The notes: generated by a model not told the origin, from the sequence alone. 64,000 nucleotides of DNA from Candidatus Methylopumilus sp. (GCA_009693175.1 SHXT01000005.1:2477-66476); one strand, 5' to 3'. Counted from the stretch's first letter, positions 10,855-22,223 are shown. Made by a program: numbers and translations.

Positions 10855-11478
10855 TTAGGTATAAAAAATTAAAATAAATGTACTTAATAACAGCATAAAA
10901 ATAACCATTAAAGATAAAAAATTAATTTTTCGCTCTTGAATCACAATATGAGTATTCTTAATATTTGTCTTGTCATAAGAATATAAAAGTAATGAAGATA
11001 AATCCTTATAGTTAAATCGTAGCTTATGTTTTGATTTAAAGATTTTCACGTACTCCATTGTTAAATAAAGACGGACTGCAAAACGCTTTGCATCAATACC
11101 TAAAAATCGCAATGGTTTAATGATTAAATAAAAAGTTTCGATAATTTTTTGATAGCTCATAAAAGAAATCATCATAGTAATAATAAGAACTGAATTAATT
11201 AGTCGCATAATTTGCGTAATACCCAACACGAGGCCCTCGTAAGTTGGGGAAAGATAACGCCAAACTATAATATATTCTCCTGGCGTATTAAATAAATAAA
11301 GTAAAAAAGTGATAATAAGAAAAAATTTTAATCTAAAAATAAGTTTAGATAATGAAAAGTTTATATAAAATGAAATTGCAAAAAAGAGAAAAAACAAAAA
11401 AAGATTGAAATTAAAATTGTATTTATTGATTAATAATAATGCGCAAAAAATGCCAATGAATTTAACTAAATCATGCAC
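10855..11478 (-). CDS. Membrane protein resembling an ECF transporter T component (CbiQ/EcfT-like)
   Basis: Several TM segments; TPGE..PTYEGL and RFAVRLYLTMEYV segments resemble CbiQ-family proteins; GTG start. Family call from recall, not an HMM run. Confidence 0.5.
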   Translation of the reverse strand: MHDLVKFIGIFCALLLINKYNFNFNLFLFFLFFAISFYINFSLSKLIFRLKFFLIITFLLYLFNTPGEYIIVWRYLSPTYEGLVLGITQIMRLINSVLIITMMISFMSYQKIIETFYLIIKPLRFLGIDAKRFAVRLYLTMEYVKIFKSKHKLRFNYKDLSSLLLYSYDKTNIKNTHIVIQERKINFLSLMVIFMLLLSTFILIFYT

Positions 11479-11498
11479 GATATTAATCGTTAAATTTA

Positions 11499-13211
11499 CT
11501 AATCAAGATTAGATGGCTTTTTATTTTTACTAGATAAATTAATTTCAATACCTGATAAATTAATTTCTTCTAATAAACCCTCTTTTTTAACAGAAGAGAT
11601 ACTTGTTTCATTTTTTGCATCTGGCATTTCTTGCTTCGCCCCTGAATTGTCAATTTTTATCTCTATTTTTTCTTCTTTTATCTCTGGCTTATCATTTCTT
11701 CTTATCTGAGATCTTTTTAAATTGTCATTATTGATTGAGCTTATTAGATCTCTCTGTCCTTGGCGCTTTTTAGTTTTGATTATAAAAAGCATAATTAAGA
11801 TTACCAATAGAATACTTAAAAAAATAAATAATTCGTACGATATTGACACATTGCTAGGTTCTTTATCAGACTCTAATTGAGCATTTGTTTTTTCATCTTC
11901 CTTAGTTGGGCCATCAGAAATCGAAGACTTGAATGATGCATCAGAAGAAGTTATTACGTCATTTTTACTAGTTTCATTTGCATTATTCTTACTAATAAGC
12001 GAGGTAAGATCAGGCTTTGTATCAATTACAGAATCTTTATTTTGATTAACTTGTTTTGCTTTTTCTTGGAGTTCGAATAGAGACTGATTAGAAAAAGCTA
12101 ATATTTTTTTGGCATCAGCAAGCTCTTTTTCTAGAATTAGAATTTTTTGCTCTGCATCCTTAATGTTTTTTTCAAGTGCTATTTTGTCATCATTAATCTG
12201 ATTAATTTCTTTTTGAACAACGTCTTTGCTATTTTTATCATTTAATAAATCTCCAGTTAATTTAATTCGTGGCGATTTGCTAGTAACAGGATTTTGAATG
12301 ATTGTTTGCAATGTTATTTCATCGTTATCTTTTATATTATTTTTTTTAGGGGAAAGCACAACACTTTCTGCTTCTATATCACTAAATTGATTCCATTGAT
12401 TAGTTTGAATCTTTATTTCAGCTATAGCTTGTGCATGAGATAACTTTAAAAAATCATCTTTGGTGGGAAGCACAATTTTTTGGCCAATTTCCACTCTGTT
12501 AATATTTTTATTCACAAAAGCAAGTTCATTAAGATTAAATATGGCGACTACCATCTGTTCTGTTGTAATTCCAGGTATTTTATTTTCTCGAGCTATTTTG
12601 TAAATTGTGTCATTTGATTTTACAGTGATAGATTTAGATGCAATTTCAGTCAAATTAACTTTTTCAGTAGTGTTAGGAGTATTTTTTATATCCTTGACGA
12701 TAGAACTTTTATTTTTATCAATATTTTCAGCAATGTCTTTAGTCTCAATAGTTGAAATTGAGTTTTTCTTATCTACAGCAACAATTTTTTCTTGTTGAAT
12801 AATAGGCATTTCTGGCGGATCAAGAAGCACTGTATATTCACGGTAATTCCTACCTTTACTTGAATCAACTTGTACAAGTAAATCTAAAAATGGGTCTAAT
12901 ACGGGCTGAGTACTTTTTAACTTTAGAACAGTTAAGCCTTTTTCATTTTTTTGTAATTCAACAGTAATATTGTTATGAATCGCTAAACGTTCAATACCTT
13001 GTGCATCATAATTTTCTTTCGAAGCTATTGATGTTAATAGCTTTGATGTATCTTCGCTGGGCGCTAACATCATTTCAATTTCTGCATTGAATAGCTGGCC
13101 CTGCGAAGAACTTACTATAATTTTCCCTAATTGAAATGAATGACCAATAAACGGAAACAATAATAAACATATAAAAAATAATTTTTTAACCATCTGTTTC
13201 ACAGATTCCAT
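11499..13211 (-). CDS. fimV: FimV/HubP-like polar landmark protein (N-terminal FimV domain, LysM, coiled coil, TM), short C-terminus
   Basis: Signal peptide, LGKIIVSSSQGQLFNAEIE..., REYTVLLDPP, LysM-like VKSNDTIYKIA, TM near aa 460-480; conserved asd-fimV-truA position. Confidence 0.8.
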   Translation of the reverse strand: MESVKQMVKKLFFICLLLFPFIGHSFQLGKIIVSSSQGQLFNAEIEMMLAPSEDTSKLLTSIASKENYDAQGIERLAIHNNITVELQKNEKGLTVLKLKSTQPVLDPFLDLLVQVDSSKGRNYREYTVLLDPPEMPIIQQEKIVAVDKKNSISTIETKDIAENIDKNKSSIVKDIKNTPNTTEKVNLTEIASKSITVKSNDTIYKIARENKIPGITTEQMVVAIFNLNELAFVNKNINRVEIGQKIVLPTKDDFLKLSHAQAIAEIKIQTNQWNQFSDIEAESVVLSPKKNNIKDNDEITLQTIIQNPVTSKSPRIKLTGDLLNDKNSKDVVQKEINQINDDKIALEKNIKDAEQKILILEKELADAKKILAFSNQSLFELQEKAKQVNQNKDSVIDTKPDLTSLISKNNANETSKNDVITSSDASFKSSISDGPTKEDEKTNAQLESDKEPSNVSISYELFIFLSILLVILIMLFIIKTKKRQGQRDLISSINNDNLKRSQIRRNDKPEIKEEKIEIKIDNSGAKQEMPDAKNETSISSVKKEGLLEEINLSGIEINLSSKNKKPSNLD

Positions 13212-14327
13212 TTAAATAGATTTAATAAGTATTCTTAAAATTCTTCTAAGTGGTTCTGCAGCGCCCCAAAGAAGCTGATCGCCTACAGTAAAAGCAGAAA
13301 TATATTCAGGCCCCATATTGAGCTTTCGAATTCTTCCTATAGGTATTGAAAGCTTTCCAGATACTGCCGCAGGACTTAATTCTTTTATTGAACTCTCACG
13401 CTCATTTGGTATTAATTTAACCCATGCATTAGCGCCCCCAACAATTTGATTAATTTCTTCGAGAGATATATTCTTTTTTAATTTAATTGTTAATGCTTGG
13501 CTATGGCAGCGCATTACACCTACACGAACGCATAAACCTTCAATCACGACTGGATGGCCTACTCTTCCTAAAATTTTATTTACCTCGGCAGAGCCCTTCC
13601 ATTCCTCTTTGCTTTGCCCATTATTTAGGTCTTTATCTATCCAAGGTATAAGGCTCCCCGCTAAAGGCACACCAAAATTTTCTATTGGGAAATCTTTCAA
13701 GCTGAGAGTTGATGAAACATTTTGATCAATCTCTAAAATAGATACTTTAGAATCTTCAATCAAAGGTTTTACGTGATCATAAATGACTCCCATCTGAGAA
13801 ATAAGTTCTCTCATATTTTGAGCGCCCGCTCCACTTGCTGCCTGATAGGTCATCGATGAAACCCACTCAATAAGCTCTTTTTTAAAAAGTCCGTCAAGCG
13901 CTAATAACATTAACGACACAGTGCAATTTCCACCAATCCAATTTTTATTACCTTTTTTAAATGCCTCTTCAATAAGATCGCTATTAAGAGGGTCTAAAAT
14001 AATGACTGCATCTTTTTCCATCCTAAGTGTCGATGCTGCGTCAACCCAATGGCCCTGCCATCCAGCAATTCTTAACTTAGGATAAATATCAGAAGTGTAG
14101 TCTCCTCCATGACATGAAAGAATAACGTCCATCTCCATGAGGACTTTAATATCACGCGCATCTTGTAATAATGAATCAGTTCCTACATATTGAGGTGCAG
14201 GATTTCCTGCTTGTAAAGTAGAAAAAAAAGTTGAATGAATATCTCTAAAATCATTTTCCTCTTGCATTCTCTGCATGAGTACTGAACCTACCATACCCCT
14301 CCAGCCAACAAAACCAACACGCATCAT
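13212..14327 (-). CDS. asd: Aspartate-semialdehyde dehydrogenase
   Basis: VGWRGMVGSVL, GGNCTVS (catalytic Cys), YQAASGAGA, QLLWGAAEP. Confidence 0.98.
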   Translation of the reverse strand: MMRVGFVGWRGMVGSVLMQRMQEENDFRDIHSTFFSTLQAGNPAPQYVGTDSLLQDARDIKVLMEMDVILSCHGGDYTSDIYPKLRIAGWQGHWVDAASTLRMEKDAVIILDPLNSDLIEEAFKKGNKNWIGGNCTVSLMLLALDGLFKKELIEWVSSMTYQAASGAGAQNMRELISQMGVIYDHVKPLIEDSKVSILEIDQNVSSTLSLKDFPIENFGVPLAGSLIPWIDKDLNNGQSKEEWKGSAEVNKILGRVGHPVVIEGLCVRVGVMRCHSQALTIKLKKNISLEEINQIVGGANAWVKLIPNERESSIKELSPAAVSGKLSIPIGRIRKLNMGPEYISAFTVGDQLLWGAAEPLRRILRILIKSI

Positions 14328-14341
14328 AAATATCCTATTCT

Positions 14342-15403
14342 TTAATTAGCTAGCGATGCGATCACGGCTTCGCCCATTTGACTACAAGTAATTTTCTTAT
14401 CTCCAGTCGAGTAAATATCTGCTGTTCGATAACCCTGGCTTAAAGTTTTTTTAATTGCTGATTCAATTTTGTTCGCGTTCTTCTCATCACTAAAGGTATA
14501 TCTAAACATCATGGCTAAAGATAAAATCGTAGCGAGCGGATTCGCAATATCTTTACCAGCAATATCGGGTGCAGAACCATGGCTAGGTTCATACATACCT
14601 TTATTATGGCTATCTAAGGATGCTGATGGCAACATCCCAATTGAACCAGTCAACATAGAAGCCTCGTCAGATAGAATATCTCCAAAAATATTGCCCGTTA
14701 CTAATACATCAAACTGTTTTGGATTTTTGATAAGTTGCATAGCAGCGTTATCGACATACATATGTGTCAATTCAACCTCTGGATATTTTTTTGAAATTTC
14801 TACCATCACTTGACGCCATAATTCCGTAGTTTCAAGAACATTTGCTTTATCAACAGAACATAATTTTTTAGAACGCCTCATTGCAATTTTAAATGCCACA
14901 TGGGCAATGCGTTCAATTTCAGACACTGCGTAACGCATCGTGTTAATGCCTTCTTTTTCGCCTTCTTCATTTGTATGAATGCCACGCGGCTCACCAAAGT
15001 AAATATCACCTGTAAGCTCTCTGACAATCATAATATCGAGATTAGATACAATGTCTGGTTTAAGTGTGGAAGCGCTTACAAGCTCAGGATATAATATAGC
15101 AGGCCTAAGATTAGCAAATAAATTCAATTCTTTTCTGACGCGAAGTAACCCACGTTCTGGTCTTTTTTCTCTAGGCAAAGTATCGTATTTCCAATCACCC
15201 ACAGCTCCCAGTAGAATTGCATCTGAATTTAATGCTAAATCAAGTGTTGAATCTGGAAGAGGATCTCCAAATTTATCATACCCAGCACCGCCAATAGGCG
15301 CTTCAATTAACTCAGCTCCAACATTAAGTGCCTTTAATACATTGACTGCTTGTTTTGTAATCTCAGGGCCTATGCCATCACCAGGTAATATTGCAATTTT
15401 CAT
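14342..15403 (-). CDS. leuB: 3-isopropylmalate dehydrogenase
   Basis: [31 protein letters not shown]. Confidence 0.98.
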   Translation of the reverse strand: MKIAILPGDGIGPEITKQAVNVLKALNVGAELIEAPIGGAGYDKFGDPLPDSTLDLALNSDAILLGAVGDWKYDTLPREKRPERGLLRVRKELNLFANLRPAILYPELVSASTLKPDIVSNLDIMIVRELTGDIYFGEPRGIHTNEEGEKEGINTMRYAVSEIERIAHVAFKIAMRRSKKLCSVDKANVLETTELWRQVMVEISKKYPEVELTHMYVDNAAMQLIKNPKQFDVLVTGNIFGDILSDEASMLTGSIGMLPSASLDSHNKGMYEPSHGSAPDIAGKDIANPLATILSLAMMFRYTFSDEKNANKIESAIKKTLSQGYRTADIYSTGDKKITCSQMGEAVIASLAN

Positions 15404-15423
15404 TTTTTAAAAAATCTTTCTAT

Positions 15424-16059
15424 TTAAAGTAGCCATGAATTTATTTCATAATAATTTTTTTCAAATTGTTTAATGCATTCACTATGTTGCATAGTTAATC
15501 CAATATCATCCAATCCGTTTATCAAGCAATGTTTCCTAAATGCATCAACTTCAAAATTTATTTTTTCTTGTGAAGGTAAAATGACATGTTGATTTTCAAG
15601 ATCAATTGTTAATGTATAAGGTGTGTTTAATTTAATTGCTGCAAATATGTCATCGATGATTTGGCTTGGCATAACAATTGGCAATAATCCATTCTTAAAA
15701 CAATTACTAAAAAAAATATCAGCAAAACTTGGCGCCAAAATAACTTTAAACCCATAATCTTCAATCGCCCATGGGGCATGCTCTCGACTCGATCCACAGC
15801 CAAAATTCTCACGTGCAATTAATATAGATGCTTTTTCGTATTGCGGTAAATTTAAAACAAAGTCAGGATTTTTTTTGCGCCTAGTTAAGTCCATCCCTGG
15901 TTCGCCATGATCTAAATATCGCCATTCATCAAAAAGGTGTGGGCCAAAACCTGTTTTTTTAATTAATTTCAGAAATTGTTTTGGAATAATAGCGTCTGTA
16001 TCCACATTTGCTCGATCTAGTGGGGCGACAATTCCAGTATGTGTAATAAATGGTTTCAT
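15424..16059 (-). CDS. leuD: 3-isopropylmalate dehydratase small subunit
   Basis: [26 protein letters not shown]. Confidence 0.98.
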   Translation of the reverse strand: MKPFITHTGIVAPLDRANVDTDAIIPKQFLKLIKKTGFGPHLFDEWRYLDHGEPGMDLTRRKKNPDFVLNLPQYEKASILIARENFGCGSSREHAPWAIEDYGFKVILAPSFADIFFSNCFKNGLLPIVMPSQIIDDIFAAIKLNTPYTLTIDLENQHVILPSQEKINFEVDAFRKHCLINGLDDIGLTMQHSECIKQFEKNYYEINSWLL

Positions 16060-16062
16060 TAA

Positions 16063-17466
16063 TTAATTTAAAGTTCGTATATCTACAAAATGTCCATAAA
16101 CACTCGCCGCCGCCGCCATTGAAGGGCTTACAAGATGCGTTCTTCCCCCCTGGCCCTGCCTACCCTCAAAATTTCTATTCGATGTTGATGCACACCTTTC
16201 TCCAGGACTTAGTCGATCAGCATTCATTGCTAAACACATTGAACAACCAGGTGATCGCCATTCAAAGCCAGCTTCAATAAAAATTTTATCAAGCCCTTCA
16301 TTTTCCGCCTGAAGTTTAACAAGGCCTGATCCTGGAACTACGAGTGCGAGCTTAATGTTTTTCGCTATTTTCTTACCTTTAAGAACATGTGCCGCCTCTC
16401 TCAAATCTTCAATACGAGAATTCGTACAAGATCCAATAAAAATTTTATCGACATTAATTTTATTGATTGGAAAATTTGACTCTAACCCCATATAACTTAA
16501 AGCATCTTCAATGCTTTTTCGTTTTGATGGGTCATTTTCTTTTTTGGGGTCAGGTGTCATGCCGTCAATATTCACAACCATTTCGGGAGAAGTTCCCCAA
16601 GTCACTTGTGGAAGAATGTCATGTCCATTTAATACGATTGTTTTATCAAATCTAGCATCTTGATCACTATGTAATGTTTTCCAATAAACTTTTGCTTTTT
16701 CTAACTCTTCGCCTTTGGGTGAAAAAGGTTTATTTTCAATATAAGAAATTGTGACATCATCAGCAGCAATCATACCGGCACGAGCGCCCGCTTCAATCGC
16801 CATATTACAAAGAGTCATCCTCCCTTCCATAGAAAGTGATCTAATAGATTCTCCGCTAAGCTCAATAGCGTAACCTGTCCCACCTGCGGTTCCAATTCGA
16901 CCAATTAAAGTCAAAGCAATATCTTTTGCAGTTATACCTTTATTTAATTTGCCATCCACAGACACTTTCATTGTTTTAAATTTTTTCAATATTAAACATT
17001 GAGTAGCTAATACATGTTCGACTTCTGATGTGCCAATACCTATTGCAAGCGCACCAAAGGCTCCATGAGTGCTGGTATGGGAATCTCCACAAACAATTGT
17101 CATACCAGGTAAGGTACTTCCTTGCTCAGGTCCAATCACATGCACAATACCTTGGCGAATATCATTCATAGCAAATTGTGTTATTCCAAAATGCTTACAA
17201 TTATCATCTAAAGTTTCTACTTGAATTTTTGAAATAGGGTCGGAAATACCAAAAGAACGATCTGTCGTAGGAACATTATGGTCAGGCACAGCAAGAATAG
17301 ATTTACTCCTCCACACAGGTCTATGATTCATTTTTAAGCCATCAAAAGCCTGTGGACTAGTAACTTCATGTACAAGATGACGGTCAATATAAATTAAATA
17401 TGTGCCTGCTTCTTCTCTAACTACATGGCTATCAAATAATTTTTCATAAAGTGTTTTAGGTTGCAT
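16063..17466 (-). CDS. leuC: 3-isopropylmalate dehydratase large subunit
   Basis: [50 protein letters not shown]. Confidence 0.99.
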   Translation of the reverse strand: MQPKTLYEKLFDSHVVREEAGTYLIYIDRHLVHEVTSPQAFDGLKMNHRPVWRSKSILAVPDHNVPTTDRSFGISDPISKIQVETLDDNCKHFGITQFAMNDIRQGIVHVIGPEQGSTLPGMTIVCGDSHTSTHGAFGALAIGIGTSEVEHVLATQCLILKKFKTMKVSVDGKLNKGITAKDIALTLIGRIGTAGGTGYAIELSGESIRSLSMEGRMTLCNMAIEAGARAGMIAADDVTISYIENKPFSPKGEELEKAKVYWKTLHSDQDARFDKTIVLNGHDILPQVTWGTSPEMVVNIDGMTPDPKKENDPSKRKSIEDALSYMGLESNFPINKINVDKIFIGSCTNSRIEDLREAAHVLKGKKIAKNIKLALVVPGSGLVKLQAENEGLDKIFIEAGFEWRSPGCSMCLAMNADRLSPGERCASTSNRNFEGRQGQGGRTHLVSPSMAAAASVYGHFVDIRTLN

Positions 17467-17474
17467 ACGTTTAA

Positions 17475-17969
17475 CTAGTCTCTAAAGTTTCCAAACTGTA
17501 ATGGAAAATCTGTAATACTTTTTTTAACAAAAGCAATTGCCTCTTGAAGATTGTCTCTTTTTGCGCCAGATACACGAACGCTCTCGCCTTGAATAGAAGA
17601 TTGCACCTTAAGACCGCTGTCTTTAAGTAATTTCACAATTTTCTTTGCAAGCTCACTATCAATACCTGATTTTAATTTTAAAATTTGCTTCACTTTATTA
17701 CCTGACACGGTTTGAATATCTTGATGCTCCAGTCTTTTAGAGCTATCAACTTCTTTCTTTTCCATAGCGGGCAATAAAATATCTTTAATTTGCCCTAATT
17801 GAAAATCTGAATCACCATAGAGTGTAATTGTTAAATCTTTTTCAGAAAATTCAACTTTTGCACTTGTTCCCTTAAAGTCATATCGATTAATAATCATGCG
17901 TGACGCAACATCAATAGAATTTGTTAGATTGGCCATATTTACTTCAGAAGAAATATCAAACGATGGCAT
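17475..17969 (-). CDS. yajQ: YajQ family nucleotide/c-di-GMP-binding protein
   Basis: [11 protein letters not shown]-terminus, [30 protein letters not shown]-terminus; AGGAG RBS. Confidence 0.95.
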   Translation of the reverse strand: MPSFDISSEVNMANLTNSIDVASRMIINRYDFKGTSAKVEFSEKDLTITLYGDSDFQLGQIKDILLPAMEKKEVDSSKRLEHQDIQTVSGNKVKQILKLKSGIDSELAKKIVKLLKDSGLKVQSSIQGESVRVSGAKRDNLQEAIAFVKKSITDFPLQFGNFRD

Positions 17970-17997
17970 TTTAAATCTCCTTAATTAATAAATTTAT

Positions 17998-18309
17998 TTA
18001 TTCAAAATGACAAACATAATGAAGCATTTCTGTTGTTTCAATTTCAAATGATGAATTTGCTGGTACAGAAAATTTTTCATTTTCTTGATAATTATTCCAT
18101 TCAGATGCACTATGAATTTTTACACGACATTTGCCAGCAAGAACTTCCATAAGCTCTGCAGCTTGGGTATTAAAAGTTAATTTACTTGGGAAAATAACAC
18201 CAATCGCACTGCGCGTTCCATTTGGAAGAAGAACTGTATGGCTTACACATTTACCATCAAAATAAATATTTGCTTTTTTCTTTACACTTACGTTGTCAAA
18301 TTGAGCCAT
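17998..18309 (-). CDS. ppnP: Pyrimidine/purine nucleoside phosphorylase (DUF1255)
   Basis: [27 protein letters not shown]; follows argG. Confidence 0.9.
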   Translation of the reverse strand: MAQFDNVSVKKKANIYFDGKCVSHTVLLPNGTRSAIGVIFPSKLTFNTQAAELMEVLAGKCRVKIHSASEWNNYQENEKFSVPANSSFEIETTEMLHYVCHFE

Positions 18310-18322
18310 TTATAATTCCGCC

Positions 18323-19537
18323 TTATTTTTTAATTTTTGCTGCGATTCGCATTCTTAATGCATTTAATTTTATAAAACCTGCTGCATCTTTTTGATCATA
18401 AGCACCTTTATCGTCTTCAAAAGTTGCAATTGATGTATCAAAAAGAGAGTCTGTTGCGCTATCTCTTCCAATCACAGTGACATTGCCTTTATATAACTTT
18501 AATTTAACCCAACCATTGACATTTTCTTGCGTATGATCAATGAGCGTTTGCAAAGCTTTTCTTTCAGGGCTCCACCAATAACCGTTATAAATTAATGATG
18601 CAAATCTTGGCATTAACTCATCTTTAAGATGGGCAACTTCTCGATCAAGTGTAATAGACTCAATCGCTCGATGTGCTTTTAGCATAATTGTGCCGCCTGG
18701 GGTCTCATAGCATCCTCGAGATTTCATGCCTACATATCTATTCTCCACGAGATCTAATCTACCTATTCCGTGCTGGCCACCTAATTGATTAAGTGAAGCT
18801 AATAATTCATGAGGCTTCATCACCTTGCCATTTAAGCTTACAGGATCGCCTTTTTTAAAATGAATCTCGATTGTTTGAGATTCATTAGGTGCTTTTTCTG
18901 GATTCACGGTCATTCGCCACATATCATCTTCAGGTTCAGCGGCAGGGTTTTCAAGATGACGTCCCTCATAAGAAATATGCAATAAATTAGCATCCATACT
19001 ATAAGGGCTTCCGCCTTTTTTATGTTTCATTTCAACAGGTATATGATGTACTTTGGCGTATTGAAGTAATTTTTCACGACTTAATAAATCCCATTCTCTC
19101 CATGGTGCAATAATTTTAATGTCAGGATTAAGTGCGTACGCACCCAATTCAAACCTTACCTGATCATTACCCTTTCCTGTAGCGCCATGAGAAATTGCAT
19201 CGGCCTCTATTTTTTTTGCAATCTCAATTAATCGTTTAGCAATTAATGGTCTAGCGATAGAGGTTCCAAGTAAATATTCGCCTTCATAAATCGTATTAGC
19301 TCTAAACATTGGAAATACAAAGTCTTTAACAAATTCTTCTCTTAAATCTTCGATAAAAGTTTCCTTTACTCCTGCTGCTTTTGCTTTCTCTCTTGCGGTT
19401 TCTAATTCATCACCTTGACCTAAATCAGCTGTAAAAGTAACCACTTCACATTGATAGGTTTCTTGTAACCACTTCAAAATAACAGACGTGTCAAGTCCGC
19501 CAGAGTAAGCTAAAACAATTTTTTTAATATCACTCAT
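18323..19537 (-). CDS. argG: Argininosuccinate synthase
   Basis: [41 protein letters not shown]. Confidence 0.99.
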   Translation of the reverse strand: MSDIKKIVLAYSGGLDTSVILKWLQETYQCEVVTFTADLGQGDELETAREKAKAAGVKETFIEDLREEFVKDFVFPMFRANTIYEGEYLLGTSIARPLIAKRLIEIAKKIEADAISHGATGKGNDQVRFELGAYALNPDIKIIAPWREWDLLSREKLLQYAKVHHIPVEMKHKKGGSPYSMDANLLHISYEGRHLENPAAEPEDDMWRMTVNPEKAPNESQTIEIHFKKGDPVSLNGKVMKPHELLASLNQLGGQHGIGRLDLVENRYVGMKSRGCYETPGGTIMLKAHRAIESITLDREVAHLKDELMPRFASLIYNGYWWSPERKALQTLIDHTQENVNGWVKLKLYKGNVTVIGRDSATDSLFDTSIATFEDDKGAYDQKDAAGFIKLNALRMRIAAKIKK

Positions 19538-20453
19538 TTTTCATTTTTCCTAATAATAGGTATTCCATCAGCGCCTTTTGAACATGAAGACGATTTTCTG
19601 CCTCATCCCATACAACGCTTTGAGGTCCATCAATCACTTGAGCAGTCACCTCTTCTCCTCTGTGTGCCGGAAGACAATGCATAAATACTGCATTTGATGA
19701 AGCTACCGAAATCATTTCTTGATCAACTTGCCAATCTGCAAAATCTTTTAAACGCTCTTCATTTTCAGATTCAAAACCCATACTTGTCCACACATCGGTT
19801 GTAACAATATCTGCATCTTTTGCAGCATTCATAGGATCTTCAAATTCTTCAAAATGTTTATCTCCATATAAACCCGCTCTTTCAACTTCAACTTCATAAC
19901 CTTTTGGCGTCGAAACATGTACATTAAAATCTAATACTTCTGCAGCTTGAAGCCAAGTATTGCAAACATTATTTGAATCTCCAATCCATGCTACTGTTTT
20001 TCCTTGAATTGAGCCTTTATGTTCAATGTAAGTAAAAATATCGGCAAGTATTTGACATGGATGATATTCATTGGTTAACCCATTAATGACGGGCACTCTA
20101 GAATTTTGTGCAAATCGATCAATAATATCCTGTTCAAATGTTCGAATCATTACAAGATCACACATACGTGAAATAACCTGACCAGCATCTTCAACAGGCT
20201 CGCCTCTACCTAATTGAGAATCTCTTGTATTTAAATAAATTGCTGACCCACCCAATTGCTGGATACCGGCCTCAAAAGATAGTCTTGTTCTCGTGCTTGC
20301 TTTTTCAAAAATCATGACCAAGGTTCTGTCTGCTAAAGGCCAATACTGTTTATATTCTTTAAATTGTTTTTTAATCCAACTTGCACGCGCAAAAATATAC
20401 TCAAACTCATCTCGTTTAAGATCGTTAAACCGTAAAAAATGTTTTGTTTTCAT
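19530..20453 (-). CDS. argF: Ornithine carbamoyltransferase
   Basis: [27 protein letters not shown]. Confidence 0.98.
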   Translation of the reverse strand: MKTKHFLRFNDLKRDEFEYIFARASWIKKQFKEYKQYWPLADRTLVMIFEKASTRTRLSFEAGIQQLGGSAIYLNTRDSQLGRGEPVEDAGQVISRMCDLVMIRTFEQDIIDRFAQNSRVPVINGLTNEYHPCQILADIFTYIEHKGSIQGKTVAWIGDSNNVCNTWLQAAEVLDFNVHVSTPKGYEVEVERAGLYGDKHFEEFEDPMNAAKDADIVTTDVWTSMGFESENEERLKDFADWQVDQEMISVASSNAVFMHCLPAHRGEEVTAQVIDGPQSVVWDEAENRLHVQKALMEYLLLGKMKNE

Positions 20454-20474
20454 AAAATAAATTTTTCTAATGTA

Positions 20475-21653
20475 TTACTTTAGTAAAAAATTTCTAATTA
20501 CTTTAGATAGTCTATTAACTAATTCTTTTGCTTCTTTTTCATTAATCACAAGTGGTGGTAAAAGACGAACCACTTTATCAGCCGTGACATTAATTAAGAG
20601 CCCTTCATCTAATGCTAATTTAGTAAGTTCCCCGCATGGCTCATTAAACTCGATACCCACCATAAGACCTAGATTGCGAATAGCCTTCACTTGATTAAAT
20701 TCTTTTAAGTGCTTAGTAAATTCATCATTAATCAATGCACCCATTTTTGATGCGTGAGCACATAGCTTTTCCTCTTCAATAATACTAAGCGTTGCGTAAC
20801 CTGCTGAAGTTGCAAGTGGATTACCTCCAAAGGTTGATCCATGCTTTCCAGGAGTAAATACATGGCTTGCCTTTCCTCTCGCTAAACAAGCTCCAATGGG
20901 AATACCCGAACCTAAACCTTTTGCAAGTGACATCACATCAGGCTTAATAGAAGTGTGCTGATAAGCAAACCATTTTCCGGTTCTACCAATACCACATTGC
21001 ACTTCATCAAGCATTAAAAGCCAATTGTGCTGGTCACAAATCTCTCTTAAGCCTTTAAGGTAGTTTTGAATATTGTTTGGAATATTAATACCGCCTTCAC
21101 CTTGAATAGGCTCAGCAAGAATCGCAACTACATTATTTTTTCTTGAAGCAATTTTCTGAATCGCTTCTAAATCATCAAATGCAACTCGAATAAATCCACC
21201 TACAAGAGGCTCAAAACCTGCTTGTGTTTTTCGATTTCCTGTTGCAGATAAAGTTGCCATTGTTCGCCCATGAAATGATTTTTCCATCACAATAATTTCT
21301 GGGGTATCGATACTATTTTGGTGGCCATAAAGTCTTGCTAATTTAATAGCTGCTTCATTCGCTTCACATCCTGAATTACAAAAAAATACATTATCCATAC
21401 CTGAGATACTAGTTAGCTTTTCAGCAAGCTTTTCTTGCTCCGCAATGTGATATATATTCGAAACATGAATAAGCTTTAAAATTTGCTCACTAATAGTTTT
21501 AACTAACTTAGGATGTGCGTGACCCAATCCGTTAACAGCAACACCGGATAAGGCATCTAAATATTTTTTACCGTCTTTAGCCCACAGCCATATACCCTGA
21601 CCTTTTTCAAAGGTCACAGGCTGTCTAGCATAGGTATCCATCATTTTTGACAT
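20475..21653 (-). CDS. argD: Acetylornithine aminotransferase
   Basis: Class III PLP: NSGCEANE, FHGRT, LDEVQCG, LAKGLGSG, HGSTFGGNP; upstream of argF. Confidence 0.95.
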   Translation of the reverse strand: MSKMMDTYARQPVTFEKGQGIWLWAKDGKKYLDALSGVAVNGLGHAHPKLVKTISEQILKLIHVSNIYHIAEQEKLAEKLTSISGMDNVFFCNSGCEANEAAIKLARLYGHQNSIDTPEIIVMEKSFHGRTMATLSATGNRKTQAGFEPLVGGFIRVAFDDLEAIQKIASRKNNVVAILAEPIQGEGGINIPNNIQNYLKGLREICDQHNWLLMLDEVQCGIGRTGKWFAYQHTSIKPDVMSLAKGLGSGIPIGACLARGKASHVFTPGKHGSTFGGNPLATSAGYATLSIIEEEKLCAHASKMGALINDEFTKHLKEFNQVKAIRNLGLMVGIEFNEPCGELTKLALDEGLLINVTADKVVRLLPPLVINEKEAKELVNRLSKVIRNFLLK

Positions 21654-21672
21654 ACAATTTTTCCGTACTTAT

Positions 21673-21702
21673 AAACACAAACGGAGGCTTAAGCCCCCGT
21701 TT
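21673..21702 (-). terminator. Probable intrinsic terminator downstream of the PuuD-like gene
   Basis: Minus strand AAACGGGGGC-TTAA-GCCTCCGTTT then GTGTTT; stem with one G-U pair. Confidence 0.65.
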
Positions 21703-21720
21703 ATTTCAGCTTAAAGTAAA

Positions 21721-22212
21721 TTAAAAGCCGATTAATGCGCGATGACTCAATCCGTTTGCCATAAAAAATAACATAGGCAGCGAAAGCATTAAGTTCGTTC
21801 TGGACGCAAGAAAGGCTACTCTTCGTGCTTTAGCCTTTTCATCATCCGAAGCTTGAACCATACCTAAAATCTTTTGTTGATTAGGCCAAATTAAAGCCCA
21901 AACATTAAATAACATGATAGTACCTAGCCAAGCACCGATACCGATACCTTCATAACCTACTTCCAAAGTAAATGCATTAATAAAGTTTTCTTGTAACATT
22001 GCGGCCCCTGCAAGCCATGTTGCTACAGCAGCCCATCTAAACCATAACAAGGCTCTAGGGGCTATATGTTTTGTAATTCCTCCTGCTGAGCCATCTGCGG
22101 CTGCATCTTTTAATGCAGGAATTTGCACTAAATTAAAATAATAAAGTAATCCAATCCACGTGATACCAGCAACAATATGAAGCCATCTAACAAGTCCAGG
22201 TATAAATTCCAT
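21721..22212 (-). CDS. Urate hydroxylase PuuD-like (Urate_ox_N) membrane protein, without a cytochrome c domain
   Basis: RWLHIVAGITWIGLLYYFNLVQ, WFRWAA, MLFNVW.LIWPNQ.K, SRTN.MLS.PML motifs; no Cys, so no CxxCH. Confidence 0.75.
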   Translation of the reverse strand: MEFIPGLVRWLHIVAGITWIGLLYYFNLVQIPALKDAAADGSAGGITKHIAPRALLWFRWAAVATWLAGAAMLQENFINAFTLEVGYEGIGIGAWLGTIMLFNVWALIWPNQQKILGMVQASDDEKAKARRVAFLASRTNLMLSLPMLFFMANGLSHRALIGF

Positions 22213-22223
22213 TATTTAAACTC

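Noticed and set aside
14469-15410. Plus-strand ORFs of 114, 64 and 119 aa opposite leuB
   Set aside because: Antisense to a highly conserved gene; open frames of this kind arise from codon bias on the coding strand.
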